Positions 55,347 to 64,000 of a stretch of DNA of 64,000 bases are shown in pieces (the first letter of the stretch is position 1; each line of letters starts with the position of its first letter). The notes under the pieces were generated by a model. The model saw only the letters and a list, made by a program, of their open reading frames with translations, had not been told where the DNA came from and made no database searches. The DNA comes from Schizochytrium sp. TIO01 (taxonomy: Eukaryota > Protista > Bigyra: Labyrinthulomycetes), in the NCBI GenBank assembly GCA_004764695.1, contig SMSO01000014.1, positions 4,784,845-4,848,844 of the forward strand. Reading direction: 5' to 3'. Made by a program: the position numbers and the translations under genes.

Positions 55347-57494
55347 ATGGCATCCACAAGTAGAACATTTCCCACGGATCGACAACGAAGAGAGTCAAAC
55401 AACACTCAAACCAGAATCTTAAAAGTTTGCTCCGCGAGCTTTGGCGGCTTCAGTGGGAAAATGTCCGCGATGGTAAACTCTGATGAAGCTGCGTCACTAG
55501 TTTCTCGTGCAGCAGAGGCCTTCGGACGCAAAGACTATGCAAAGGCTGAGAATCTGTATGGCCAGGCAATAACAGCTCATGGCTTCGACCTCACGACTGG
55601 TGATTCTAGCAAGTGCAATAAACTTGAAGCTGCAACAAGTTTCTCTAATCGAGCAGCAGCTCGGATTCGATTGAGGAAATACAAAGATGCGATTGAGGAT
55701 GCTCGTACATGCGTCAAACTGAGACCTGAGTGGGCAAAAGGCTATTACCGATTAGCAGTGGCCCTTGTGGAACTTGGCGAGATCTCCAAGAGCTATAAAG
55801 CTATCAGCGTAGGGCATGTCCTGGAGCCACAAGTCCAGCTATATCGTGATATGAAGGCAAGTGTGCGAGAGCTTTTGGTGGAGACTGGCATCGATTTGGA
55901 GCCATTGGAAGCAGAGGTTGAGAAGCTATTGCCAAAAAAAGCGGCTATGCTCACAAAAGACTCGCCTCTTCAGCCTGCACCTGAGAAGCGCATGCCAGTT
56001 GTGGTTTTATCAGGTTTTCTTGGGGCCGGGAAAACTACATTAATGCAACATGTGCTGAGCAATCGGAAAGGATTACGCGTGGCTCTAATTGTCAATGATA
56101 TGAGTGAAGTTAATGTGGATGCTGCTCTGCTTGATGCTCATAGTGATATTGAGGTCACAAAGCGCTCAGAAGAAATGGTCGAGCTTTCCAATGGCTGCAT
56201 TTGCTGTACTTTACGGGATGATCTTTTGCAAGAAGTTGCACGTATTGCCACTGAAGGTGTCGATAAATACGATTATATCTTGGTGGAGAGCACAGGTATT
56301 TCTGAACCCATTCCAGTGGCCCAAACCTTTCTCTTTGAGGATGCCGCAGGGCGCTCGCTAAATCATGTGGCTAAATTGGATGCAATGGTCACCGTGGTTG
56401 ATGCAGAGGCCTTTTTAGATAACTTAGGATCGCTCGACCTCTTGCAAGATCGTAATTGGGAAGCCTCAAACTCAGACAAACGGACAATCGCTCAGCTCTT
56501 GATTGACCAGGTTGAGTTTGCCAATGTAGTTATCCTTAATAAGGTCGACCGAGTTGATGAAGACGTTCTCAAACGCGTAAAGGGTGTTATTCTTTCGCTC
56601 AATCCCAATGCAAAGCTCATTCTAACAAGTTATGCGCAGGTTCCGTTAGAGGAAATTATGAACACAAACTTATTCGATATGGATAATGCCGCTCAAGCAC
56701 CTGGGTGGTTGCGTGAACTCCGTGGTCAGCACACCCCTGAAACTGAAGAATATGGCATTTCATCCTGGGTGTTCCGCTCAGATCGGCCCTTTGATGGGCA
56801 AGCTTTGGCAAATTTGGTTGATAACGCATCGTCAATCTTATTTGGCGAATGCAATATCGTGCGTGCCAAAGGCTTGTGCTGGATCTCTCAGGAGCCCCGA
56901 ATGGTTCTCGATTGGTCATGTGCAGGCCGGATTGCACGCGTGAGTGCGCGAGCTTTCTGGAAAGTCAGTGTATGCGAGACAAAGCAGAATAAACCAAATG
57001 AAAATGATCGTAAAACTGAAGTTGTTTTCATCGGTGTAGGACTAAACGTGGGTAAATTAAAGCACCTACTAGAGGATGCCCTGAGTCCTGTTGGCCAAGA
57101 TCCGAAACATCTGACGTTTGCTGAAGCAGCCAATAAGAATCATTTTGGAATGATTCGCGATTTGCTTGGTGCATTGCATCAGCTAGGTTTAGATGATTTG
57201 CCCATTCTACCCTCAAAAGCTGCTTCCGCAGCCGTTCAAATTGCCTCTGAGGCTAGATCCCGAGTGTCCAGGCTTGCACAAGTTCGTGCACGACTTGAAA
57301 TGCTTCAAGATAAACCAGACGAGCTTACAGATGAGGAGCTTGAGGAGATCAATGTTCTAGCCACTGAGTTTGTCGAACTATCTCAAGAAATGATGCAAAA
57401 TGTAGAAGACGGGCAGGCATTACATGAATGCCATGAACATGTTAAAAGCACAATTAAGTCAACGATGCATGAGCTCCACGGCCATCAACATTAA
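55347..57494 (+). CDS. TPR-domain fused to a COG0523/CobW (ZNG1-type) G3E metallochaperone GTPase with a His-rich C-terminus
   Basis: TPRs (AENLYGQAI, FSNRAAARIRL, PEWAKGYYRLAVAL), Walker A LSGFLGAGKTT, IVNDMSEVNVD, ELSNGCICCTL, VESTGISEP, NKVD, CobW_C (ETEEYGISSWVFRSDRPF, RAKG, VFIG) and tail HECHEH...HELHGHQH. An alternative start is at 55461. Confidence 0.92.
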   Translation: MASTSRTFPTDRQRRESNNTQTRILKVCSASFGGFSGKMSAMVNSDEAASLVSRAAEAFGRKDYAKAENLYGQAITAHGFDLTTGDSSKCNKLEAATSFSNRAAARIRLRKYKDAIEDARTCVKLRPEWAKGYYRLAVALVELGEISKSYKAISVGHVLEPQVQLYRDMKASVRELLVETGIDLEPLEAEVEKLLPKKAAMLTKDSPLQPAPEKRMPVVVLSGFLGAGKTTLMQHVLSNRKGLRVALIVNDMSEVNVDAALLDAHSDIEVTKRSEEMVELSNGCICCTLRDDLLQEVARIATEGVDKYDYILVESTGISEPIPVAQTFLFEDAAGRSLNHVAKLDAMVTVVDAEAFLDNLGSLDLLQDRNWEASNSDKRTIAQLLIDQVEFANVVILNKVDRVDEDVLKRVKGVILSLNPNAKLILTSYAQVPLEEIMNTNLFDMDNAAQAPGWLRELRGQHTPETEEYGISSWVFRSDRPFDGQALANLVDNASSILFGECNIVRAKGLCWISQEPRMVLDWSCAGRIARVSARAFWKVSVCETKQNKPNENDRKTEVVFIGVGLNVGKLKHLLEDALSPVGQDPKHLTFAEAANKNHFGMIRDLLGALHQLGLDDLPILPSKAASAAVQIASEARSRVSRLAQVRARLEMLQDKPDELTDEELEEINVLATEFVELSQEMMQNVEDGQALHECHEHVKSTIKSTMHELHGHQH

Positions 57495-57652
57495 TTTTTG
57501 CACTAAGGAGATTGAGAACGAAACGATGATATTTTTGTATCCTTTGGAACCATGGATTGGTTCTCATCGTGTTTAATATAGGTATAAATCAAATTTATTT
57601 CTGGTTTTTAGACAGCCACACTGATCAAGGAGGGAGGATTCATTTTCTTTAA

Positions 57653-58828
57653 TTATGAGTTGTTTGTCTCTGGGAAAGCAAGTCCTGCAAATAAAGTCCT
57701 CGCAGTGCGTACCATTCCAGCAGCTTTAGCGTCCCAGCTTCCATCGGCACGCTGGAGTACAGTGGCGGACACGCCTAAAGTGCCTGCCGGGTGACCAACC
57801 CGAATTTCACGATTTGACTCTTGCTTGGAACCAATGGCTTGATATGGAATTGTACCTGGAATGGAGGCAGCCATGCCAAGGTTCAGAGCGCCTGTTGCTG
57901 TATGGGCATGGTGGACCCTACCTTCCGTAGTGATTCGGCTTAAAATATCAACTTGCTTTGCGCTCACCTTATCCCCGTTAGTACAAATGTAGTCTTTCGG
58001 AGGACTTACCCAACATACACGCATTGCAGCAGACACTTGCATATTCATTCGTGGTGCAGCAGTTTCCATAATGTCTAAAAGTTTAGGGTACAAACCTTGG
58101 TAATCAATATCATCTGGCAGTTCATGACCTTGCAATCCCAAAGATGCCGGCTTGACAAAAATGGTCGGATTCGCGCCAAATACCAAGGTTGCCTCTAAAG
58201 TGCTTCCGTCGCTGAGACGCAGCTCTTCACTGGGCTTGCCTGTTGGGAGGAAATCGTCTTTCCCATCACATGGATCTACGACCTCCACAAGAATGCTAGG
58301 AGCTGATCCTGGAACACCCGAGACGGTCACGAAGTCTGACTCGGCAATCGGAGCGTCAGACCTGGGCACATGAATGTTCATTCTATATCTGGCATTGGCC
58401 TGCCACATTGGCACAACTACATGATGCTTAGAAAAATCTGATTGAACATATGCATCATCCGGGAGGACCTTCTGTTCATACGCGAAGAGACCTGCAGCTG
58501 CAGCCAAATTCCCACAAGAACCCTCCCAATCGACTTTGGGGTCACGCAAAGCAACTTGTCCAAAGAGATATTCCGCAAGGCCATCCGAGCGAGCGCGAAT
58601 GATACCAACCTTACTAGTGCTACTGATACCTCCCCCGAGTCCGTTGAGCTGCTTTCCAGTCGGATCTGGACTTCCCAAGAGTTTGAGTAGAGTTTGGTCA
58701 CGTTCCTCGCCAGCTTCGGGCAGATCCTCACTCAACATGAAGAGCCCCTTCGACGTGCCTCCCCTCATGAGGCAGGCAGGAACCGCCTTGGACGCTGAGG
58801 AGGGCACTTGTCGGAAAGCTGCAAGCAT
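57653..58828 (-). CDS. prpF: PrpF-family (2-methyl)aconitate isomerase, diaminopimelate-epimerase fold
   Basis: MRGGTSKGLF, LGSPDPTGKQLNGLGGGISSTSKV, YLFGQV, GSCGNL, HHAHTATG, GHPAG and RTARTLF. The short N-terminus MLAAFRQV may be mitochondrial. Confidence 0.93.
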   Translation of the reverse strand: MLAAFRQVPSSASKAVPACLMRGGTSKGLFMLSEDLPEAGEERDQTLLKLLGSPDPTGKQLNGLGGGISSTSKVGIIRARSDGLAEYLFGQVALRDPKVDWEGSCGNLAAAAGLFAYEQKVLPDDAYVQSDFSKHHVVVPMWQANARYRMNIHVPRSDAPIAESDFVTVSGVPGSAPSILVEVVDPCDGKDDFLPTGKPSEELRLSDGSTLEATLVFGANPTIFVKPASLGLQGHELPDDIDYQGLYPKLLDIMETAAPRMNMQVSAAMRVCWVSPPKDYICTNGDKVSAKQVDILSRITTEGRVHHAHTATGALNLGMAASIPGTIPYQAIGSKQESNREIRVGHPAGTLGVSATVLQRADGSWDAKAAGMVRTARTLFAGLAFPETNNS

Positions 58829-59165
58829 TGTCTACGAAGCTTGATACGATTTAATGCCTCGCTTGAGAGAAATTGCGGATCTCTGACTTTGATTTGCGTT
58901 TTGGTGGGAAAGCGAAATTGCAATGTAAAGAATTTGTAACTGGTCACTAATTACCCATGTATTTACTATAGGAGGCTTAATCTTGGAACACGGACCATAA
59001 CATTGTTTCCTGATCATGTTTGGCTGAATTTCGGTATTTTCAATCGTAAGAACACTCACTGAAACATACCATTTGTTGCGATATGATTATTCTCATGGTA
59101 CGGTGCAAGTAAAGGTAAGAGGGCAGCAGAAGTTTGTTTTTACAAAAGATATGGGGTAGATCAAA

Positions 59166-60959
59166 TTATTTTTTGTTGTTTGTAGAGGTTGCCTGTTTGT
59201 TGAGGCGGCGCGTGGTCTTGTTGGATATGAGAGATGCAGATGAAGGCATCGAAGTGGTGCCATGATTAGATTTACGCTGCTGTTTTCGTTTGGCCTTCTT
59301 TTCGTGTGTAGAAATGATAGTCTGAGAAGCCTTTTTGATGCGATCACGCGTGAGTTCTTCTTCACCGTCGTCGTCAAGAGGCACATCGATGGAATCAGTC
59401 TCAGAATCTGCGTCAGCATTTTTCGATTCGATCATGTTGCTACCGCCGCGTGTGAAATTCTCGTCACTATGGTCTGGGAGCATAACACGCTGGTTGAATG
59501 GACGACTTGCCACTACCTCCTGATCATCCAAAGCATCGAAGAGTGCAGCTCGCATTTGCATTTGAGTCTCTGTATCACTGTCCTGATTGATGCGGTTCAA
59601 AATACCACACAATGTGTTCTCACATGAAACAAGAACGTCTACTACAGTGTCATCATTAAGAACGATATGCTTGTTGTCTTGCTGGACGCCTTCAAGTTTG
59701 TCTGAGAGGTGGCTGATGCCTGCCTTGACAGAAATGAGAATTTTAGCAAGACGCTCGTAGCGAACACGTGCTCGCTCAAGTTTTGCTACTGCATGAGCTA
59801 ATCGCTCTTCATGCTCATCCACAAACTTTCGACGGTTACCTCCGCTAGCTCCACTGTATTTAATCTCCTCAACCCGTGCCAGAAGCTTTGCCTTTTCTGC
59901 CTGAAGGGCCTCTAGACGTTGCTGGTTCTCGCGAGTAAGGTCATTTAGATTACGGGTAGTTGACTCCTGAGAAATCAGCTTTTGGATTACTTCATTCACG
60001 TCACTAACGCCGGTTGAAGCCTTAATCTTCTGAAAGGCTTCCTCATAAATGCTAATCTTCTCCTTTTGATGCCTTGAGTCTTCGACAACACGACCCTGTG
60101 TTAGGGAGTTCAATGCAACTGCAGCCTTAAGATTCTTTTCTTCTTGCTCAGAGAGATCGCCATTGACTTTGGCGATTATATCATTACGCATTTGCTCGCG
60201 TTTTTCCAGCCTCGAAACAACATCACTCTTTACGTTAACGAGTTCTTGCTTAGATTTAAGTTCGCGCTCGCGGGCCTTTCGTGCGTCCGTAATGTTTGTA
60301 CGCGAGACATCAAGGTCCTGGGTAGCCACATCTCTTGCATGGTTGGCGTCGCCAGCAAGAAGAATAAGCTCTTCGTAGTCATGCTCCTTTGCTTTGAGAG
60401 TGCGTTCGATAGCCTGAAGCTGCACATCGAAAGAGACACGCTCCTCGCGAAGCCGCTTCACAATTTGCTCATAGGTTGTACGGATGCTCTGTGCTTCATT
60501 GTATTTGATAATGCTCTTATCAAGTCTGTTTTCCAGAGCGCGAATCTTACGTGTTTCGGGGCTTTCCTCCTCGGTAGGACGTTTTGATTCAAGTTCAAGT
60601 GACGAAGCCTGATCCCGAAGCTTCCGAAGGTCATGGCGCCTCTTTTCTACGGTATCCTTAAGCGTATCATGGTTTTTTCGCAGTGTCATAACATGTTTCT
60701 CGAGTGTGCGAATTTCCTTGTCGGTCGCAAGCTCCCCATTTGCACGCGAGTTGGATCTCGCTTGCTTTTGGAGAGATGCGAGCTTCTTCCGTAGACCTTT
60801 ATTGCCATCGCGAAGGCTGGCAATGAGCTTTTTGTTTTCCTTCATAGTAACCATAGACATCTCATAGTATGCCTGGCGATCCCCTGAAAGGAGCTGGAAC
60901 TTGCTGCGCAGGTCATTCAGCTCGCCCTCGCTCACGGTAGAATCCATAGCCATCATCAT
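59166..60959 (-). CDS. Outer dynein arm docking complex coiled-coil subunit (CCDC151/ODAD3/DC1-like)
   Basis: KFQLLSGDRQAYYE, IRALENRLDKSIIKYNEAQSIRTTYEQIVKRL and YEEAFQKIKASTGVSDVNEVIQK are characteristic of the ODA docking coiled-coil proteins. Confidence 0.85.
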   Translation of the reverse strand: MMMAMDSTVSEGELNDLRSKFQLLSGDRQAYYEMSMVTMKENKKLIASLRDGNKGLRKKLASLQKQARSNSRANGELATDKEIRTLEKHVMTLRKNHDTLKDTVEKRRHDLRKLRDQASSLELESKRPTEEESPETRKIRALENRLDKSIIKYNEAQSIRTTYEQIVKRLREERVSFDVQLQAIERTLKAKEHDYEELILLAGDANHARDVATQDLDVSRTNITDARKARERELKSKQELVNVKSDVVSRLEKREQMRNDIIAKVNGDLSEQEEKNLKAAVALNSLTQGRVVEDSRHQKEKISIYEEAFQKIKASTGVSDVNEVIQKLISQESTTRNLNDLTRENQQRLEALQAEKAKLLARVEEIKYSGASGGNRRKFVDEHEERLAHAVAKLERARVRYERLAKILISVKAGISHLSDKLEGVQQDNKHIVLNDDTVVDVLVSCENTLCGILNRINQDSDTETQMQMRAALFDALDDQEVVASRPFNQRVMLPDHSDENFTRGGSNMIESKNADADSETDSIDVPLDDDGEEELTRDRIKKASQTIISTHEKKAKRKQQRKSNHGTTSMPSSASLISNKTTRRLNKQATSTNNKK

Positions 60960-62525
60960 GTCTGCTTCTAACGCAGTTGATCACTCCTGCAGGCTCAGCT
61001 CAGCGCTTTGCACGATCAATGAAGTGAGGATTAATCTGATAATTTTACCCTCGTCGTCCCTACTTCGTCCTCAAAACCCCCCACGTCTTTCGACCCTGCC
61101 AATACTCGTCTTGATTAAACAAGCACTCCCGTAGCGTCGACAAAACTAGGCCTCTGTCTAAAGACCAACAAAGAGTTTTCGCCTTGCTTCGCGGCACGAG
61201 TGGCTCGCTGGCCACGTGCGTGAGACGGTTGGCTTTGCAATTGTTGACAATTACAACCTTATGTGCCGCTTTGTCACATTCGCAAGGTTAATCGTCCCTG
61301 CATTACATGGAGGAACCTGCATGTCGCACGGAGCCGCCTAACGGATAGCATGACATGGTCCTTTTCATAAGATCAAGCACTCCTATTGTATATTACTAGT
61401 GTAATGCTTCGTTAGTCTCTTAGTACTACTAGACCTTTTTTTTCCTTTAAAAAAAAAATCAAATTATAAAAAAGTTCATTTTGGAAATTACTCTCAATAG
61501 CTAATGATTTATTTGATAGACTTATTACACTACTAGACAGTCAAGTGAGATGAAAAAATAGAATGAAAACATATAACTTCTTTTCCTAGTGAATGAACCA
61601 AATTACACTCGGGTGTATAGATTTTGCAGATGAATAGGGTTACCTAAATTTAAATAGATTAAATGAGATGGCTGATGCTTTTATAAAAAAAAGATCTGAG
61701 TCAAATGTAAGACCCAGCATTTGGTACTGAGTGCTTGCTCCAAGTCAGTATTCAATGAAATGTCTATCTCTGTGCCACGTTTGCTTTGTTTCATTTTTAG
61801 TATTATTAAAAACCGATATGAGGTTTTTGAACATCAAGTCAACAACATGCTTTTTATTTCACTGATGCAATTGATGGACTAAAAACGTAAGCCCATTGTA
61901 TGGATGGCAAGAGACAGAGTCAGCAGTTGAAACGTACTCTCGCTTGGTCAAGGTTTGGAAACTTCAGACTCATTCTCACTGCTTCACTGAATTAGCACTA
62001 TTTTGCATGGAGATTTGTTGCTGTAATGCTCGTGGTGTATGAATTTCACAAAGAAGAACAACCAAGTTTCATAATCAAGAGAATGGAAGGGAAGTCAAAA
62101 TTAAAGACATCTTTTTTAAAGATCATTGTACATAACTAGGAAAAAAGTGAATGGTTTTGCTAAGCCAGCGAAAACCACAATCTACTTTTGTGAATACCTC
62201 ACGCTTTAGCGTTGCAGGTTTTTCACATACCGCGTTTCGCGTATGCGTGCATCAGCTGGGATTTATGGTTACTAGAGTAACTCCGATAATTATCATTCCT
62301 TCGACCACGTCTTAAAGATCTTGAAATCTAGTCTAAACGAACCAGGAATTATGAGAAAGCCTTGCCGGCGCGTGAAAAGAAACTAAATGGCTATTGCTAT
62401 ATTCACATAAGCACGAATGGCTCTGGTCTATATAATGCAGGTTTTCGATGTCCAATATAGTAGTTTCATCACAAAGCAAGATGGTCATTTGAACAAGCAA
62501 AGCACCTCGAGAAGTTAATATCAAA

Positions 62526-62768
62526 TCATGATGATGCCTGCACAGGGTTAAGCGCTTTAAGGTAAAGTTTGGCGTTGAGGCAGCGGTCCCAAGTATCACG
62601 CTCCGAGAAGGTCTCCTTGTCACAGCCCATCTGGTTATACAAAGTATACGCAGACTTGACAGCATCAGTGGATGGCACGTGTTCCGGGTCCTGCGCCAGC
62701 GAGACGCGCTCCTTCTTGTAAATGGCGCTCAGCTCCGCCATGACGGCTTCGACGTTGTTGGTGGCCAT
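62526..62768 (-). CDS. Small 80-aa protein of unknown function
   Basis: ATG in AGAATGG context. The GC3-rich codon usage resembles the real genes and stands out from AT-richer flanks. Helical-looking sequence. Confidence 0.6.
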   Translation of the reverse strand: MATNNVEAVMAELSAIYKKERVSLAQDPEHVPSTDAVKSAYTLYNQMGCDKETFSERDTWDRCLNAKLYLKALNPVQASS

Positions 62769-64000
62769 TCTGATTCTCCTAAACTACCTAACTCGCAAGT
62801 TTCGCTTTTGCTTTCCACAGCCGCAAAGTCGTCCAATTCCTTCACTTGCTGGCAGTTTTGAGGCAGGGAGTTTTCCTCACCTCGAGTTGAGAGTTTGCTG
62901 GTCGCTCGGGCTCTTTGCTTTTTGGTGTCAACAATTGTCTCTTCCATCGTCAATTTTTTTTCAAAATTGACAAAACTCTTTTTGTTCTTGCGCTCCCGCC
63001 GTGGTCCAATAAGACTTATATAGCGCCTCCATAGGAGCTATTTTCTATGAACCATGGGTTCTCAGTGAATAGAGTATGCACGAGATTGACGTTTCTCCGG
63101 GGACACTCAAAACTACCTCCACTGCCTCTCTTGCGTTTGTCCCGTGAATTGGCCAACATTAGTGACATTCTTCCAAAAGGGGATACTATAGGATAAAGTG
63201 ACAATATAGTTTTTCCGGCCTAAGTATGACGTTTTGAGAAGAGTACTCTCTCACTTCCTACTATACCATAAGCAGAGGGGACAAATGAGAGGATTACCGA
63301 TTAGATTTATGTACCTAACTACATAAACCGTGCCTACCTAGTACCTATTAAGTATGGGTATTTGGACCGTTAAATGTAAAATAGACCCTTTAAATGGGTT
63401 GCGGCAGTGATGATTGTAGGAGGTAGGGAAACACCTCTCGGCAAATGCTGACTTCGTTTGCGTGGCATACGCTTGGTGCTACTGTTGAGCAACTCGAAGT
63501 CATCGTGTCAATGTTCTGAGGACGTTGCTTTCTAGAGCCCCGGAATTTAGTGTCGAACGCCAAAATAAGCACTTGCCGAAGATGAGCTGCTGTAGAAGAA
63601 CTGAGGAACCTGAGATCAGTTGATTATTTTCGTAACCTAAAAGAGAATAAGTATACACAAGATTACCTATCAAATGGCGGTATTAGCTAGATAGAGCTCC
63701 CCATGAAAATAACTTTATGAACTTTGAAAAGCCGCAATATGTTCCTTTCACAGGAAATGTGAGATAGTGCTAGGCGAGATGCTAAGAACTCCTCTCACGC
63801 CTAATGTTCTTCAAGTTGCCGTACCTCGAGACTGATCCATGAAAGAACTCTTTTACTAGATGATGTTGAATACGATAAGGTGGGAAAGCTTGTAGTTATT
63901 GAAGAATTGTGACACAATGGATCATTGTGTGCAAATTAACGTTGCACAAAGTATCAGGGAGAGTTATTTTTCGACAATCGATTGATTTGCCGTGTGCTTG

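Noticed and set aside
1554-58828. Apparent trace-element theme (Cu COX17, Co MMAB, Se protein, S ATP sulfurylase, Zn COG0523) as a gene cluster
   Set aside because: The genes are spread over 57 kb and interleaved with unrelated housekeeping genes. Chance is sufficient without synteny or co-expression data.
1-64000. tRNA, rRNA, snRNA genes and telomeric arrays
   Set aside because: None recognised by eye; tRNAscan-SE/Infernal would be needed to exclude them.

Overview
Eukaryotic nuclear DNA from an intron-poor, microsatellite-rich, flagellate-capable protist. The gene style suggests a thraustochytrid/labyrinthulomycete stramenopile, but this is inference and not a database result. About 18 protein-coding genes are supportable: spliced COX17, an RDEL-terminated ER protein, mitochondrial MMAB, a Cys-rich EF-hand protein, an ADP-ribosylglycohydrolase-family protein, SNF7/ESCRT-III, ATP sulfurylase, an EGF+7TM protein, a VWD-like/mucin/VWA secreted protein, a coiled-coil protein, ARP2, soluble pyrophosphatase, a TUG/UBX+PUB protein, a TMEM160/DUF202-like protein, a TPR-COG0523 GTPase fusion, PrpF, a CCDC151-like ODA docking subunit and an 80-aa orphan. 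The strongest hidden signal is at 11204-12616. The two ADP-ribosylglycohydrolase ORFs share one frame and are separated by a single TGA (12413-12415) at the position of the family's conserved Cys, with a SECIS-like stem-loop about 175 nt after the true stop. This points to a SelJ-like selenoprotein that ordinary annotation would truncate. Just downstream lies a frameshifted TnpB/Fanzor-like relic with weak traces of an IS607-type recombinase. The ATP sulfurylase looks like the Cys-rich marine-cyanobacterial/algal type but carries a mitochondrial-type presequence.
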